Part shown: positions 52,353-64,000 of the stretch, in pieces
Layout of the letters: each line of letters starts with the position of its first letter
Numbering within the stretch: the stretch's first letter is position 1
Source: Octopus vulgaris
Taxonomy: Eukaryota
DNA length: 64,000 nucleotides
Direction: 5' to 3'
NCBI GenBank assembly: GCA_951406725.2
Contig: OX597834.1
Location: 20,584,001-20,648,000 of the forward strand
Translations under genes and position numbers: made by a program
Notes under the pieces: model-generated
Database searches by the model: none
Told to the model about the DNA's origin: nothing
The model's input: only the letters and a program-made list of their open reading frames with translations

Positions 52353-52694
52353 GGGCAGGCAACAGGTTGCTTGGCCGCATACCGAAAAATTAGAAATAGC
52401 AGTCAAGACTGTTTATTTCTATTTTCTACAAATGGGAATCCACATACGACATATCCCTGTAATTCACATATGCAAAACAGAAGGAATAAATAACGAAAAC
52501 AAAGTCTGACTGCTATTTCTAATTTTTCGGTATGCGGCCAAGCAGCCTGTTGCCTGCCCCTTTTATTTATATACAATATATATACTTAACTTTACAGAAG
52601 TTCCAACCGTTAATTGGTTATATTTACATACCGAATTCTACCTGTAAATAATTGTTGGTTTTTTTAAAAACCATTAAAGAAATTATTTACTCTT

Positions 52695-52773
<79 letters not shown>

Positions 52774-52992
52774 GTATATGTTTGTGTGTCTGTGTTTGTC
52801 CCCCCCACCACCACCACCATTGCTTGACAACCAATGCTGGTGTGTTTACGTCCCCATAACTTAGTAGTTCAGCAAATAGACCGATAGTCTAAGTACTAGG
52901 CTTACAAAAAATAAGTTCTAGGGTTGATCTGTTTGACTAAAGGCAGTTCTCCAGCATGGCCACAGTCAATTGACTGAAACAAATAAAAGAAT
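52175..52992 (+). mobile_element. SINE A with a hairpin insert in its TA tract
   Basis: Head to 52310, foreign sequence 52347-52710, body resumes at about 52775. Confidence 0.88.
52347..52565. mobile_element. Foldback/MITE-like element with about 60-bp inverted arms in (TA)n
   Basis: taaaaggggcaggcaacaggttgcttggccgcataccgaaaaattagaaatagcagtca versus tgactgctatttctaatttttcggtatgcggccaagcagcctgttgcctgccccttta; one mismatch. Confidence 0.85.
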
Positions 52993-53018
52993 ATATATAT
53001 ATATATATATACATACAT

Positions 53019-53075
<57 letters not shown>

Positions 53076-53460
53076 AATGTTATCTAATGAAGGTCAGTGT
53101 AACAGAAGACCTGCAGAGGAGGTTAAGTAGATGTTGTAAATGGTGAAGAGGTGAGACATTGTGTGGAAGTCTTAGCAGCAAACATCGCCCAGAGCTACGT
53201 CTGATGAACATCTTCATGTGAGGAATTGTCCAATATATATTGCCAGAATTGATGACTAATGGTTGAATGCTGTAATGGTTAATGTTTAGGAAACATGGCC
53301 TTAAGAGATAATATACATACATACGTACATACCTTATATCATTTATAATTATAAAAGTTACAAAGTAGCTCAGGGGCCAGAAGTTTTCATGCATTGCACT
53401 TCAGTCACACAGAGAGACAGACAGGCATCTAATATAAATATATACTTATATATATATGCT

Positions 53461-53660
53461 TTAATATATATATATTTCATCATCATCATTGTTTAAAACG
53501 GACATTAAACAATGATGTATATATATGTTTCATTAATATATATATATATCATCATTGTTTAAAACGGACATTAAACAATGATGATGATGAAATATATATA
53601 TATTAATGAAACATATATATACATCATTATTTAATGTCCGTTTTAAACAATGATGATATA
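53461..53660. repeat. Nested palindromic mosaic built from the RTE tail end
   Basis: catcattgtttaaaacggacattaaacaatgatg occurs twice in direct and once in inverted orientation. Confidence 0.85.
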
Positions 53661-53734
53661 TATATATACACACACACGCGTACACATTTATTTATATACA
53701 TATGTATATATATTTATATATATATCTTTTGTTT

Positions 53735-54130
53735 ATCTTTTACTTGTTTCAGTCATTTGACTGTGACCATACTGGGGCACCTCCTTGAAGGATTGTAGAT
53801 GAATGGACACCAGGACGTTTTTGAAAATCTGGTACTTATTTTGTCAGTCTATTTACTGAACCGCTAAGTTATGCAGAAGTAGACACACCAACACTGCTTG
53901 TCAAGTGCTGGTGGGGTGCAAACACAAACACAAGGTCACACACATATACACACAGATAAACGTATATCAATATGCACTGGGCTTCTTTATGCTTCTGTCT
54001 ATCGAATCCACTCAAAAGGCTTTGGTTGGCCCGAGGCTGTAGTAGAAAGTCAATTTCCCAGTTTGCCACGTAGCGGGACTGAACCCGGAACCATGTGGCT
54101 GGGAGGCAAACTTCTTAGCACACAGCCACA
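53735..54130 (-). mobile_element. SINE A, diverged
   Basis: Reverse complement of family A head to tail. Confidence 0.85.
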
Positions 54131-54865
54131 GATTTTGTGTAGAATTCAGAGCCAGCTATGAATGTTACAAAGTTTCATATACAAATACATCTATGTAAAC
54201 AATGTGATCAAAGATATATATACCCACACTTGCATTCACACACACACACATACATCTTCATCAACACCTGGTTTTTATGTTTAACAATATTTCGTCCATC
54301 ATTTATGTGCTGAGATCAACTTCACTGTTCATCCCTTCAAGGTCAAAAAAAATAAGGACCAGTCAAGTGCTTGAACTGATGTACTTCGACTTGCCCTTCC
54401 TCTCAAAAATAAATGGTCCTGTGCAAAAAATTGAAACCATTATTAAGCTGATGTTTAAAACATAAATTAATATGAAATTTGGATGAAAGGTCTTCATTTA
54501 AATCATTTTAAAACTGGAAATTAGTATCATGGAACCAGGAGCAGCCTCAGTCTGGTTGGTATCAAAATGGTTAAGAAACTTATAAGTTGGCAGGTAGGGA
54601 CTTAGAAGTCTGGTTCAAATGGCAGAAAAGGGTCCACTTAATAACTCCAATTTAACAATTTTGTTTCCATATTTCTGTCGAAATACACAGATTTTGTTTC
54701 AATTAATTTTGAAAATGATGAAGAATTTAGTGAAATAACTTTGGTCCTTATTAATCTGGTGTCTGAGACTTAAATGAACGTGGAACCTTTGATGTGGGGT
54801 TTTAATTTAGATCGATTTATAACAATAAATTTGTATCACCAAAGCAAGGGATCATCTCAGGCAGG

Positions 54866-55031
54866 CAGGGCCAGCCCTAAGGGTTGCTAGTGTCCCAGAC
54901 ATGTGAACATTGACATGTACAAGGTGATGGTCATGGAGCTTTCCTTGTCTTTGATACACCATCTTTGGCATACCCCAGCACATGGCACCCTGGGTGACTG
55001 CCTGAGTTGCCGGAACCTTGAGCTGACCCCA
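54866..55031. mobile_element. Degenerate hAT-type MITE nested in a piggyBac MITE
   Basis: 8-bp TSD caggcagg (54858-54865) / caagcagg (55032-55039); ends cagggccagccctaag / cttgagctgacccca. Confidence 0.55.
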
Positions 55032-55411
55032 CAAGCAGGTTGGTATAAAGTTAAAAAGCTTGTAAGCTGGCAGGCATGGAACCAGACAGTCTGATTCAAA
55101 TGATTGCCATATCGGAAAAAGCAGAGAAGGGTCCACTTCACTCCTTCTTAACCCTTTTGTTACCATATTCCTGTTGAAACTCACTGCTTTTGTGTCAATT
55201 AATATTTTGAAAATAATGAGGAATTTAGTAAAATATCTTTTTTCATTATCAATCTGGTGTTTGGAACAGAAATGAAATTTTGATGGGAAGTTTTAATTTT
55301 GAGCACTTTAAGCAAAAACTTTTGTATTCGAGAACCAGGAGTTGTCTCAGACAAGTTGGAATCAAAGGGGTTAAACCAATAGATGTAAATTGGAAATAGA
55401 GCTGAGATAAG

Positions 55412-55818
55412 GGATCTTTTCAGTTTGAACGGCAGTTTTTTCTAGCGGTGTCATATGAAATTGTTACCCATAATTATGACCCTAGTATCGATCTATTGCA
55501 TTTCAATCTGTTTTAGGGTTAGGGGTGGGGGAAGGGTATCTTTTTTCTTCACAAATGTAAATAAACCCAATCTGTTTCTTAAACAAGGGACATATTCATA
55601 TGGCACAGAATGTTTTACCTCAATAGAAGTCACTGATTGGTTGAAATTGCAGAAATTGAAGAAAAAAAACAACAAATATTTTACAAACTATAGAATTTTC
55701 TCAATAAATCCAAGAGAAAAAGATGTTTTATAAACACATTCTACCAGTATACGAAGTTTAAAATTTTTTAGTTACCTAGAAATTATGTTAAAAACTGCCG
55801 TTCAAACCGAAAAGATCC
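55412..55818. mobile_element. MITE with 29-bp TIRs and perfect 8-bp TSD (Merlin-like termini)
   Basis: TIRs ggatcttttcagtttgaacggcagttttt / aaaaactgccgttcaaaccgaaaagatcc (one mismatch); TSD gagataag at 55404-55411 and 55819-55826. Confidence 0.9.
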
Positions 55819-56176
55819 GAGATAAGTATTATCATTGTGCTTATTTCCAGGACAGATCTAAGTCTTTTGTTAGTGTTATATCGATTGAAATACACTGTCT
55901 TTGCATGAATTGATTTTGAAAATAATGAAAAATTTAGCAAAATAATTTGGTCATTGTTAATCTGAGGGTGAGAACATAAAATAACATCAAAGTCCAGTGT
56001 TAGGTTTTGATTTAGATCAGTTTAAAACAATGAGTTTGTATCATAGAGCCAACGGTGGTTGCAGGCTGGTTGGTATCAAAAGGGTCAAAGTACCATAACT
56101 AAATACTGTAAAGGAATTTCTCTGATGCTGCAATGGTTCTGTCAATTCACTGCCCAAAGACTATTTTCAGTAAACC

Positions 56177-56202
<26 letters not shown>

Positions 56203-56207
<5 letters not shown>

Positions 56208-56419
56208 TAGGTGAAGGATTGAGGAAGGAGAGAGAGACAAAGGCTGGTGAGGAATTGAGGAAGGAGAGAGAGAGAGAAAGAGAGAGAGAGACAAAGGCAG
56301 GTGAAGGATTGAGGAAGGAGAGAGAGAGAGAGAGAGAGACAAAGGCAGGTGAAGGATTGAGGAAGGAGAGAGAAAGAGAAAGAGAGAGAGAGATAAAGGC
56401 AGGTGAAGGATTGAGGAAG

Positions 56420-56451
<32 letters not shown>

Positions 56452-56500
56452 AAGAGAGAGAAAGGCAGGTGAAGGATTGAAGAAGGAGAGAGAGAGAGAG
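56203..56500. repeat. Six-copy minisatellite with variable (GA)n spacer
   Basis: Core aaaggcaggtgaaggattgaggaagg followed by (GA)n of variable length. Confidence 0.9.
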
Positions 56501-57224
56501 AGTACGAGAGCAGTGGTTTAAGCTGTTGGATATATTGACAAGTGATTGGAGGGACAAAAGTTAAGCATCAAACAGACAGACAGATGTGTGATCAGATAAA
56601 TCAATGAATGAGCGGATGATTGCAGGATGATGGTGGTGGTGGTGGTGGTGGTGGTGTTGGTGGTATTGGCAGGTTGGGATGGATGATAAGAGGATTGAAA
56701 GATCAAAGAGAAAAACGATAGGATAAGCAACTCATATCATTAGCATAGAATGGCTGTCTGATTTTGATAGTTCTGTGGAATGAAAATTGATGGACTCAGT
56801 GAGAAGACAGGAAGGTCAACGAGATATACTGACAGTAGGAGACCTGAAAGTGCTTATATATATATGTGTATATATATATATATGTATATATGTATATATA
56901 TGTATATATGTATATAAATATATATATATATGTATATATATGTACACACATGCAAGCACAGGTACGTACACACACCTACATGTATGTACATATATGTGTG
57001 TGTATATGTACATATATATATATATAACTATATGTGTAAATATATTTATATAGGTGTGTGTTTGTGTGAGTGCACGTATATTTATGCAAACTCATACACA
57101 CACACATATATGAATGTATGTGTGTGTGTGAGCATGTCTCTCTCTCTCTCTCACTCTTTCTCTCTATATATATATCCTTAGATGGTTGCATAACCTCTAA
57201 CTTATATCATGCTTAATATATATA

Positions 57225-57540
57225 TCATCATCATCATCATTGTTTAACGTCCGCTTTCCATGCTAGCATGGGTTGGACGGTTCAACTGGGGTGTGGGGAG
57301 CCCGAAGGCTGCACCAGGCCAGTCAGATCTGGCAGTGTTTCTACAGCTGGATGCCCTTCCTAACGCCAACCACTCCGAGAGTGTAGTGGGTGATTTTATG
57401 TGCCACCGACACTGGTGCCAGACGAGGCTGGCGAACGGCCACGGTCGGATGGTGTTTTTTATGTGCCACCGACACAGGTGCCAGACGAGGCTGGTGGACG
57501 GCCACGCTCGGATGGTGTTTTTTATGTGCCACCGACACAA
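57225..57540 (-). mobile_element. RTE-type 3' UTR/tail (family D), well preserved
   Basis: (CAT)n tail, ccatgctagcatgg, three ttttatgtgccaccgacac repeat starts. Confidence 0.85.
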
Positions 57541-58029
57541 TATATATATATATACACATATATATATATTATATTGTGTATAGGTTTGGTGATGCCAACT
57601 GAGAAAACAGAACTTGAAATGTGAGTATATGTATGTTTTGCATTAAGAATCAGCAGAGTGACTCAAGGGCCATGAGGTTCGTGTGTTAGTATTTATCAAA
57701 TGCACAAAACTCTCAACCTTGAAGTTACTCTGAAACTTCAGCCAATTATTAATGAAAAGCATGTGTGTGTGTGTGTGTAGAGTGAATGTTTATGTAATGA
57801 TCATCATCGTCGTCATCATTGTCATTGTCATCATCATCATCGTCATTTCCAGTATCTTGCATGGGTCAGACAAAAATCAGAAAAGTAAATTTTCTACAGC
57901 TGCATGCCTTTCCTGTCACCAACACTCACTCATTTCCAAGTAAGGGAATATTTCCCCAAGACCAGACATGTTATGCACAGAAGATTGGGAATGAAGGATA
58001 CCACTTGTTTGATGGTGATAGGGCAATGG

Positions 58030-58506
58030 GTCGGATGCAATGTTTTGTATGACATAGGTGCTTCGAAAGCAGAAGAACATCCTTGGAAGACAATAAGCGA
58101 AAGTGACCAGAACTGTGGAATGCAAAGAATTAGATCCTTCATGATGACAGTGCCCCCTTGTCACTGAGCTCGCCTCACTTGTGACTTTCTTACCAAAAAC
58201 AACATGGTATTGTTTCCGCACCCACCATATTTGCTAGATTTAGTGCCAGTGAATTTCCATCTCTTCCTTAAGATGAAAACGCAACTCAAAGGTCACCATT
58301 TTAATACTGTTGTTGAGATCCAGAGTGAATTGCAGAAGGTCCTCACTTATGGAAAATATCTTCCAGACCAGATTCCAAAAATGGTAAGAACGCCGAGACT
58401 GGTGTATTGCTGCAGAAAGTGACTATTTGAAAGGAGAAGATGGTAAAATAAATAAGTTATTTTTTATCAAACATAACTGGTCCTGGAACTTTTTGATACC
58501 ACCTTG
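58030..58506 (+). mobile_element. Mariner (Tc1/mariner) transposon 3' relic
   Basis: Frameshifted ILHDDSAP, HPPYLLDLVPVNFHLF (HPPYSPDLAPxDF motif), LKGHHF, FQKW*ER...CIAAESDY; candidate right TIR gtcctggaactttttgataccaccttg at 58480-58506. Confidence 0.88.
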
Positions 58507-58571
58507 AATATTCTTTTAGCCATTTACACTTTTCAAGAGTGAGGTTGGCCTTGGGTCTGTAGTGACGCTAC

Positions 58572-59010
58572 TGTGGAAGTTTCAGCACGCATGCGCAGAA
58601 TTGGATTAATTCCAGTTAACCGCCGGAAGTTCCCTCATGCGCATGCACAGGAACTGCAACCTGAAAGCGTAACCACTAAATCAGTCTTTTTGGAAGAGCA
58701 GCACTAACGAGCAGACGTGGTTAAGACCTCTCCCAGGGAAAACCCTACGCACAGAGAAGCTCTCTCTTCGAAGCGGGAATGAACACCGTATCATCTTGGC
58801 TCACCCAAGTGAACATTTGTGTACAGTCCTGTGGACTTGGCTGCCAGTTCGCCCATAAGAAATATATATGTATATATTTGTACTGGTGAACCCGAAGAAT
58901 AAACTGCTATTTATTGTTATTGAAGATAGCCGGATTTTTGGTTCCTTTTCTTCGACCTGTATGTGACAAGATAAGACCAGACACCCCTCCAGTGTTCCTG
59001 AACTCTCATA
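58572..59010 (+). mobile_element. Probable solo LTR interrupting a minus-strand SINE A
   Basis: Imperfect inverted ends tgtggaagtttcag / ctgaactctcata, AATAAA at 58898, GC-rich 5' half; SINE A head follows at about 59016-59082; no TSD recognised. Confidence 0.45.
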
Positions 59011-59451
59011 TTGTTGGCACCATGCAATGGGACTGAACCCCAAACCACTTGCTGAGAAAGCAATCTTCTGAATCACATAGCCAAGCCTTCATCTACACAC
59101 ACACACACACATATTCACACATCCACATAGATAGCTAGCTAGATAGAGAGAGAGGCAGAGAGATTTAAGTGACAGAATGAGTGTGTAAGTGGTTACATGT
59201 GACAGGGAAATAAATTGAAAGAGAGGGAAAGAGAGACACAGAAAGACTAAGAGGAAATGAAAGTCAAGGCAGATTTCAATAAACCCTTATATTAATCCTT
59301 AAAAGCTCATCGCTCCCACAACAAAATCATGTTTATTTGATCACCGATTTAAAAACCGCTTACATTTACCAAAATATGCTTATCTCATAACCTTGCTAAA
59401 TCTACTTCAGTATTAAACATATAAGTATACATATATACTTATATATATGTA

Positions 59452-59501
<50 letters not shown>

Positions 59502-59513
59502 TATGTATACATA

Positions 59514-59600
<87 letters not shown>

Positions 59601-59628
59601 TAATAGTGGTTTTATCTCTGATTTAATT

Positions 59629-59663
<35 letters not shown>

Positions 59664-59809
59664 ATGTATGTATACACACCTTTTTACAGCCAAAGTATAT
59701 ATACCTTTTACAGCAGAAAGTCATCAAGCATGTACCTGCCAAAAACGATTATTCCTTAGACTTTATGCAGGGATGTCTCTGATAAACCTGTGTCTTTTAC
59801 TCTCAGCTG

Positions 59810-59844
<35 letters not shown>

Positions 59845-60149
59845 CAATGACATCTTCCCTCTCTAATATACATGTTAATACAAGTTTATTGTCTTACCAT
59901 GAGCTGCATCGAAGAAATTTTGCTAAGAAATGCAGTTTATGCAACTGGCAATGGATCGCATGTTACATAAACTGCCTGCATTAATGTTTTCGTTGAATTT
60001 GATGTTTGTTTTGGCTGTTTGTATGAAGGGAGTAGGTCTTTTTATATCACTGTTTAAAAGCCATAATACAGAGGGTGGGAGTTTTGTGCATATGTGTATA
60101 TATATATATATATGTGTGTGTGTATATATATATATACATATATACATAT

Positions 60150-60182
<33 letters not shown>

Positions 60183-60234
60183 CATACATATATATATATA
60201 CACACATATATATATATATACATATATATATATC

Positions 60235-60339
<105 letters not shown>

Positions 60340-60669
60340 GCTTGTTTGTATTTATTTTTACGTTTGTAAGAATGTGTTTGCGTGTATGTATGTATGTGTG
60401 TGTTTGTGTATGTGCGTACATATGTGCATATATGTGTATATGTATGCCTATGAATCTATATACGTGTGCGTGAGTGTGAGAGAGTGTAGATGTGCATGCT
60501 TATGTATGTATGCATGTGTGCTTGTGTGTATGAATAATATGTGTGTGTGTGTAAGCTTATGTGTGTTATATATGTATGTGTGTTAGTGTATGTATATGTG
60601 AATGTGTGTGTGTGTGTTATGTGAATGTGTGTGTGTGTGTTATATATATGTATGTGTGTTTGTGTTACA

Positions 60670-60703
<34 letters not shown>

Positions 60704-61268
60704 CATATATGCATGTGTATATGTGTGTGTGTGTGCGTGTGTGTGTGTAGAGGTGTGAAGGCGAGCGGGGATGTAGGGGGAGACAACTGATATTTTGATT
60801 ACTTCTGTTGACTCCATTTCGCAGGTGGCAGTTTATGTCTGCATTTGGGAGAATGAAAAACGAATGAGTGGTTAACGAAAGAGGTTCAAGAATGAACAAG
60901 GAAAGAAATAGATAAAATGTATGAATGCAAAAAATTGGAGGAGATGGAAAGAAACTGGGGGGAATAGCTGAATGAATGAATTAAGAAAGAAGAAAGAAAA
61001 AGAAAGAAAGAAGAAAGAAAAAGAAAGTGTATGTGAATGAAGGAATGGAGAATTTGCTGTTTAGATCATGAATTATCATGAAAATTTGATGGAAAGTATT
61101 GCTTATCACTACTTGAATGTGGCTGTCCCCTAAGAGGTGATGATACTGCCATTTAACCCTAGGAAGATATCTCCTTAGGCTGGTTAATCCAGTGTTCTTC
61201 TTGTAACTGATATTTATTGCAAGTGGGAGCTAACTCCTGCTGCCTGCTTCAAGGCCACCAGACCATGT

Positions 61269-61560
61269 AGTTTCAATCTATATTGGATCTCATCAGTGGT
61301 GGGTACTCATGGTTTTAATCTATATTGGCTCTCCTTAGTGGTGGGTACTCATGGTTTCGATCTATATTGGATCTCCTCAGAGGTGGGTACTCGTGGTTTC
61401 GATCTATATTGGATCTCCTCAGAGGTGGGTACTCGTGGTTTCGATTTATATTGGATCTCCTCAGTGGTGAGTACTCGTGGTTTCAATCTGTATTGAATCT
61501 CCTCAGTGGTGGATACTTGTGGTTTCGATTTATATTGGATCTCTTCAGTGGTGGGTACTC
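61269..61560. repeat. 42-bp minisatellite, about 7 copies
   Basis: Unit atattggatctcctcagtggtgggtactcgtggtttcgatct. Confidence 0.92.
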
Positions 61561-62234
61561 ATTGCCAGGCATGGCAACAGTTTACATCACTTGCACTATA
61601 TAGAAAACACAGTGTCATACAATCACTGATTTCGTAACTAGAAGAAGAACCACATTAAAATGGCCATAAGCAATACTTTTTGGTTCACATATTGTTTCTA
61701 TCTCAAGCAGATTTTATAATGGACCAGTTTGATGAGAAGTTTTTAGTTAATTTAACCATTCAGCATTGAGCTGGCTCCATATGGCCAAAATATTCTACCT
61801 GTTTTAAATTCAGGATTAAACCAGGTCAGTCAGATCTGGCTTCTCACACCTACCCAACAATGTCAGTTTAAAAATAAACAATCTTTTAAGGTAATCCCTG
61901 GGCAGAATTGAACACTGCCCCAGGATATTCAATGCTGAGATCTCCCTAATGTCTTTGCCAGCACGGCCATAATCATGTCATCAAAATCTCAAAGGTATGA
62001 GATAACACATGATCAGGTGTGTATATTCCAGGTGTGCTAGGTGAGCACTACACACCCCTCGAAAATGGCAAATTTATTATAAACACTACAAGCTTGGGCA
62101 GTAACAGAAATACACAGTCTGAATGTCTAATTATAGTAATATTAATGTGAGTCGTAGCATGGTCAGCATAGCGACATACCCAATGACAACAACCACCATA
62201 CACCACTGCACATGACCAATTCAAAACAAACCAA

Positions 62235-62400
62235 AGGTGCAGGAGTGGCTGTGTGGTAAGTAGCTTGCTTACCAACCACATGGTTCTGGGTTCAGTCCCA
62301 CTGCGCGGCATCTTGGGCAAGTGTCTTCTGCTATAGCCCTGGGCTGACCAATGCCTTGTGAGTGGATTTGGTAGACGGAAACTGAAAGAAGCCTGTCGTA

Positions 62401-62461
<61 letters not shown>

Positions 62462-62685
62462 ATATATGTTTGTGTGTCTGTGTTTGTCCCCCTAACATTG
62501 CTTGACAACCAATGCTGGTGTGTTTACGTCCCCGTCACTTAGCGGTTCGGCAAAAGAGAATGATAGAATAAGTACTGGGCTTACAAAGAATAAGTCCCAG
62601 GGTCGATTTGCTCGACTAAAGGCGGTACTCCAGCATGGCCGCAGTCAAATAACTGAAACAATTAAAAGAGTAAAGAGTAAAGAGA
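62235..62685 (+). mobile_element. SINE A, full length
   Basis: Complete head, (TA)n and tail. Confidence 0.92.
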
Positions 62686-63029
62686 TATAAGAATTACATT
62701 TGACAGAGTAATCTGAATGCTAAACGGTTAAACCAGAAAGTTTTGTACCATAGAACCAGAGGCATTTCCAGATGGAATGATACCAAAATGGTTAATTACG
62801 AAACGCTTCAAAACCAAAATATAATTGGAATCTCTAAATATGTGAGATGACTTATTGTTAATAACCTTATAGTTTTCCAGACAATTAACCTTCGTTAATT
62901 TGATCTCTGATTATCATCAGGTATTTGTTTCACACCTGAGCTTCTAGAGCACCTGAGCACTGCATTCATTAAACTCATTATTGTTTCATAGATTTTGTTC
63001 TTGGAGCTTGTATATTTTATCTTTAATTT

Positions 63030-63545
63030 GTATCAATCATTGGACTGTGGCCATGCAGGGGCACTGTATTGAAGAATTTTAGTAGAATGAATCAAACCCT
63101 AGTTCTTATTATATTTTTTATAAAGCCTGTACTTATTCTATTGATCTCTTTGGCTGAACTGCTAAGTCACAGTGACATAAAAACACCAGTACTGATTGTT
63201 AAGTAGTGATTCTCCTCCTAGTTACAAAATCAGTGACTGATTAAACACTGTGTTTCCTATATATTGCAAGTGATGTAAACTGTTGCCATGCCTGGCAATG
63301 AGTACCCACCACTGAAGAGATCCAATATAAATCGAAACCACGAGTACCCACCACTGAGGAGATTCAATCACAAACACATACACACACACATGATGGGCTT
63401 CCTTTAGTTTCCATCTACTAGATCCATGCACAAGGCTTTAGTCAGCCTAAGGCTACAGTAGAAGACACTTGCCCAAGGTGACTCACTGTGGAACTGAACC
63501 TGGAATCATGTGGTTGGTAAGCAAGCTTCTTGCCACACAGCCATT
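63030..63545 (-). mobile_element. Diverged SINE A interrupted by an inverted copy of 61495-61653
   Basis: SINE A pieces at 63030-63205 and 63370-63545 flank the insert. Confidence 0.8.
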
Positions 63546-64000
63546 TTTCCATAGGTTCCCTCAACAACCTATATATGCCAGAATTTCCATACTTTAGGGA
63601 GTGTGCAGTGTTGTATGATAAAATTGCAAATATAGAACTGAACACCAAAAATGGCTCAAAGATCAATTTGTATCTAATCATCATATTTATAAGTGTTTGT
63701 CTGTGCGTCTCCAGTGGGCTTGCGTAGAAATGTAGGGCTCTAGGGCAGCATGATTGGGAAATGCTGTCATAGATTTGCTTCCGATATTACTGGAAACTCC
63801 CTTCTCGATATAGCAGATGACACCAAACTTGTATAGTAATATCCCATGATAGTATACACACACACAATGTGTATGTATAAATACGTATATGTATATATAT
63901 ATATGTATATATGTATATGTATATATATATCTATATTTATATATCTATATGTGTATATATATATATACATTTATATATGATGTATGTATATATATATTAT

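Larger units (their letters stand above)
54440..56088. mobile_element. Cluster of four piggyBac-type MITE copies (best copy 55152-55370)
   Basis: 55152-55370 has TTAA flanks and cccttttgttacca / tggaatcaaagggg ends; partial copies end at about 54574, 55054 and 56088. Confidence 0.8.

Noticed and set aside
55513-55530. Telomeric TTAGGG repeats
   Set aside because: Only two units, internal to a MITE.
61269-61560. CRISPR-like regular array
   Set aside because: Units are contiguous 42-bp tandem copies with no unique spacers; eukaryotic context and no cas genes.

Overview
AT-rich, repeat-saturated eukaryotic non-coding DNA (intergenic or one large intron), most likely from an octopus. That assignment is an inference from the tRNA-headed SINE families and the extreme microsatellite load, and was not database-checked. 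No host protein-coding exon, tRNA or rRNA can be supported; nearly all ORF-track entries are translations of simple repeats or SINE sequence. The window holds about 20 copies of a ~410-bp tRNA-derived SINE ('A'), many copies of two other tRNA-headed SINEs ('B', 'C'), RTE, R4/Dong-type and L1/Tx1-like LINE relics, a mariner relic, piggyBac, hAT and Merlin-like MITEs, a Helentron-type HINE, a probable solo LTR and several minisatellites. Best leads: (1) an apparently intact type I hammerhead ribozyme with a quasi-palindromic stem III at 35992-36052 (-) inside a TA-flanked Penelope-like insert; (2) SINE B multimers with an exact 184-bp period inside single TSD-flanked insertions, including a recurrent heterodimer; (3) a candidate partner-LINE tail for SINE B; (4) long hairpin inserts in microsatellites. 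Boundaries of degenerate repeats are approximate.
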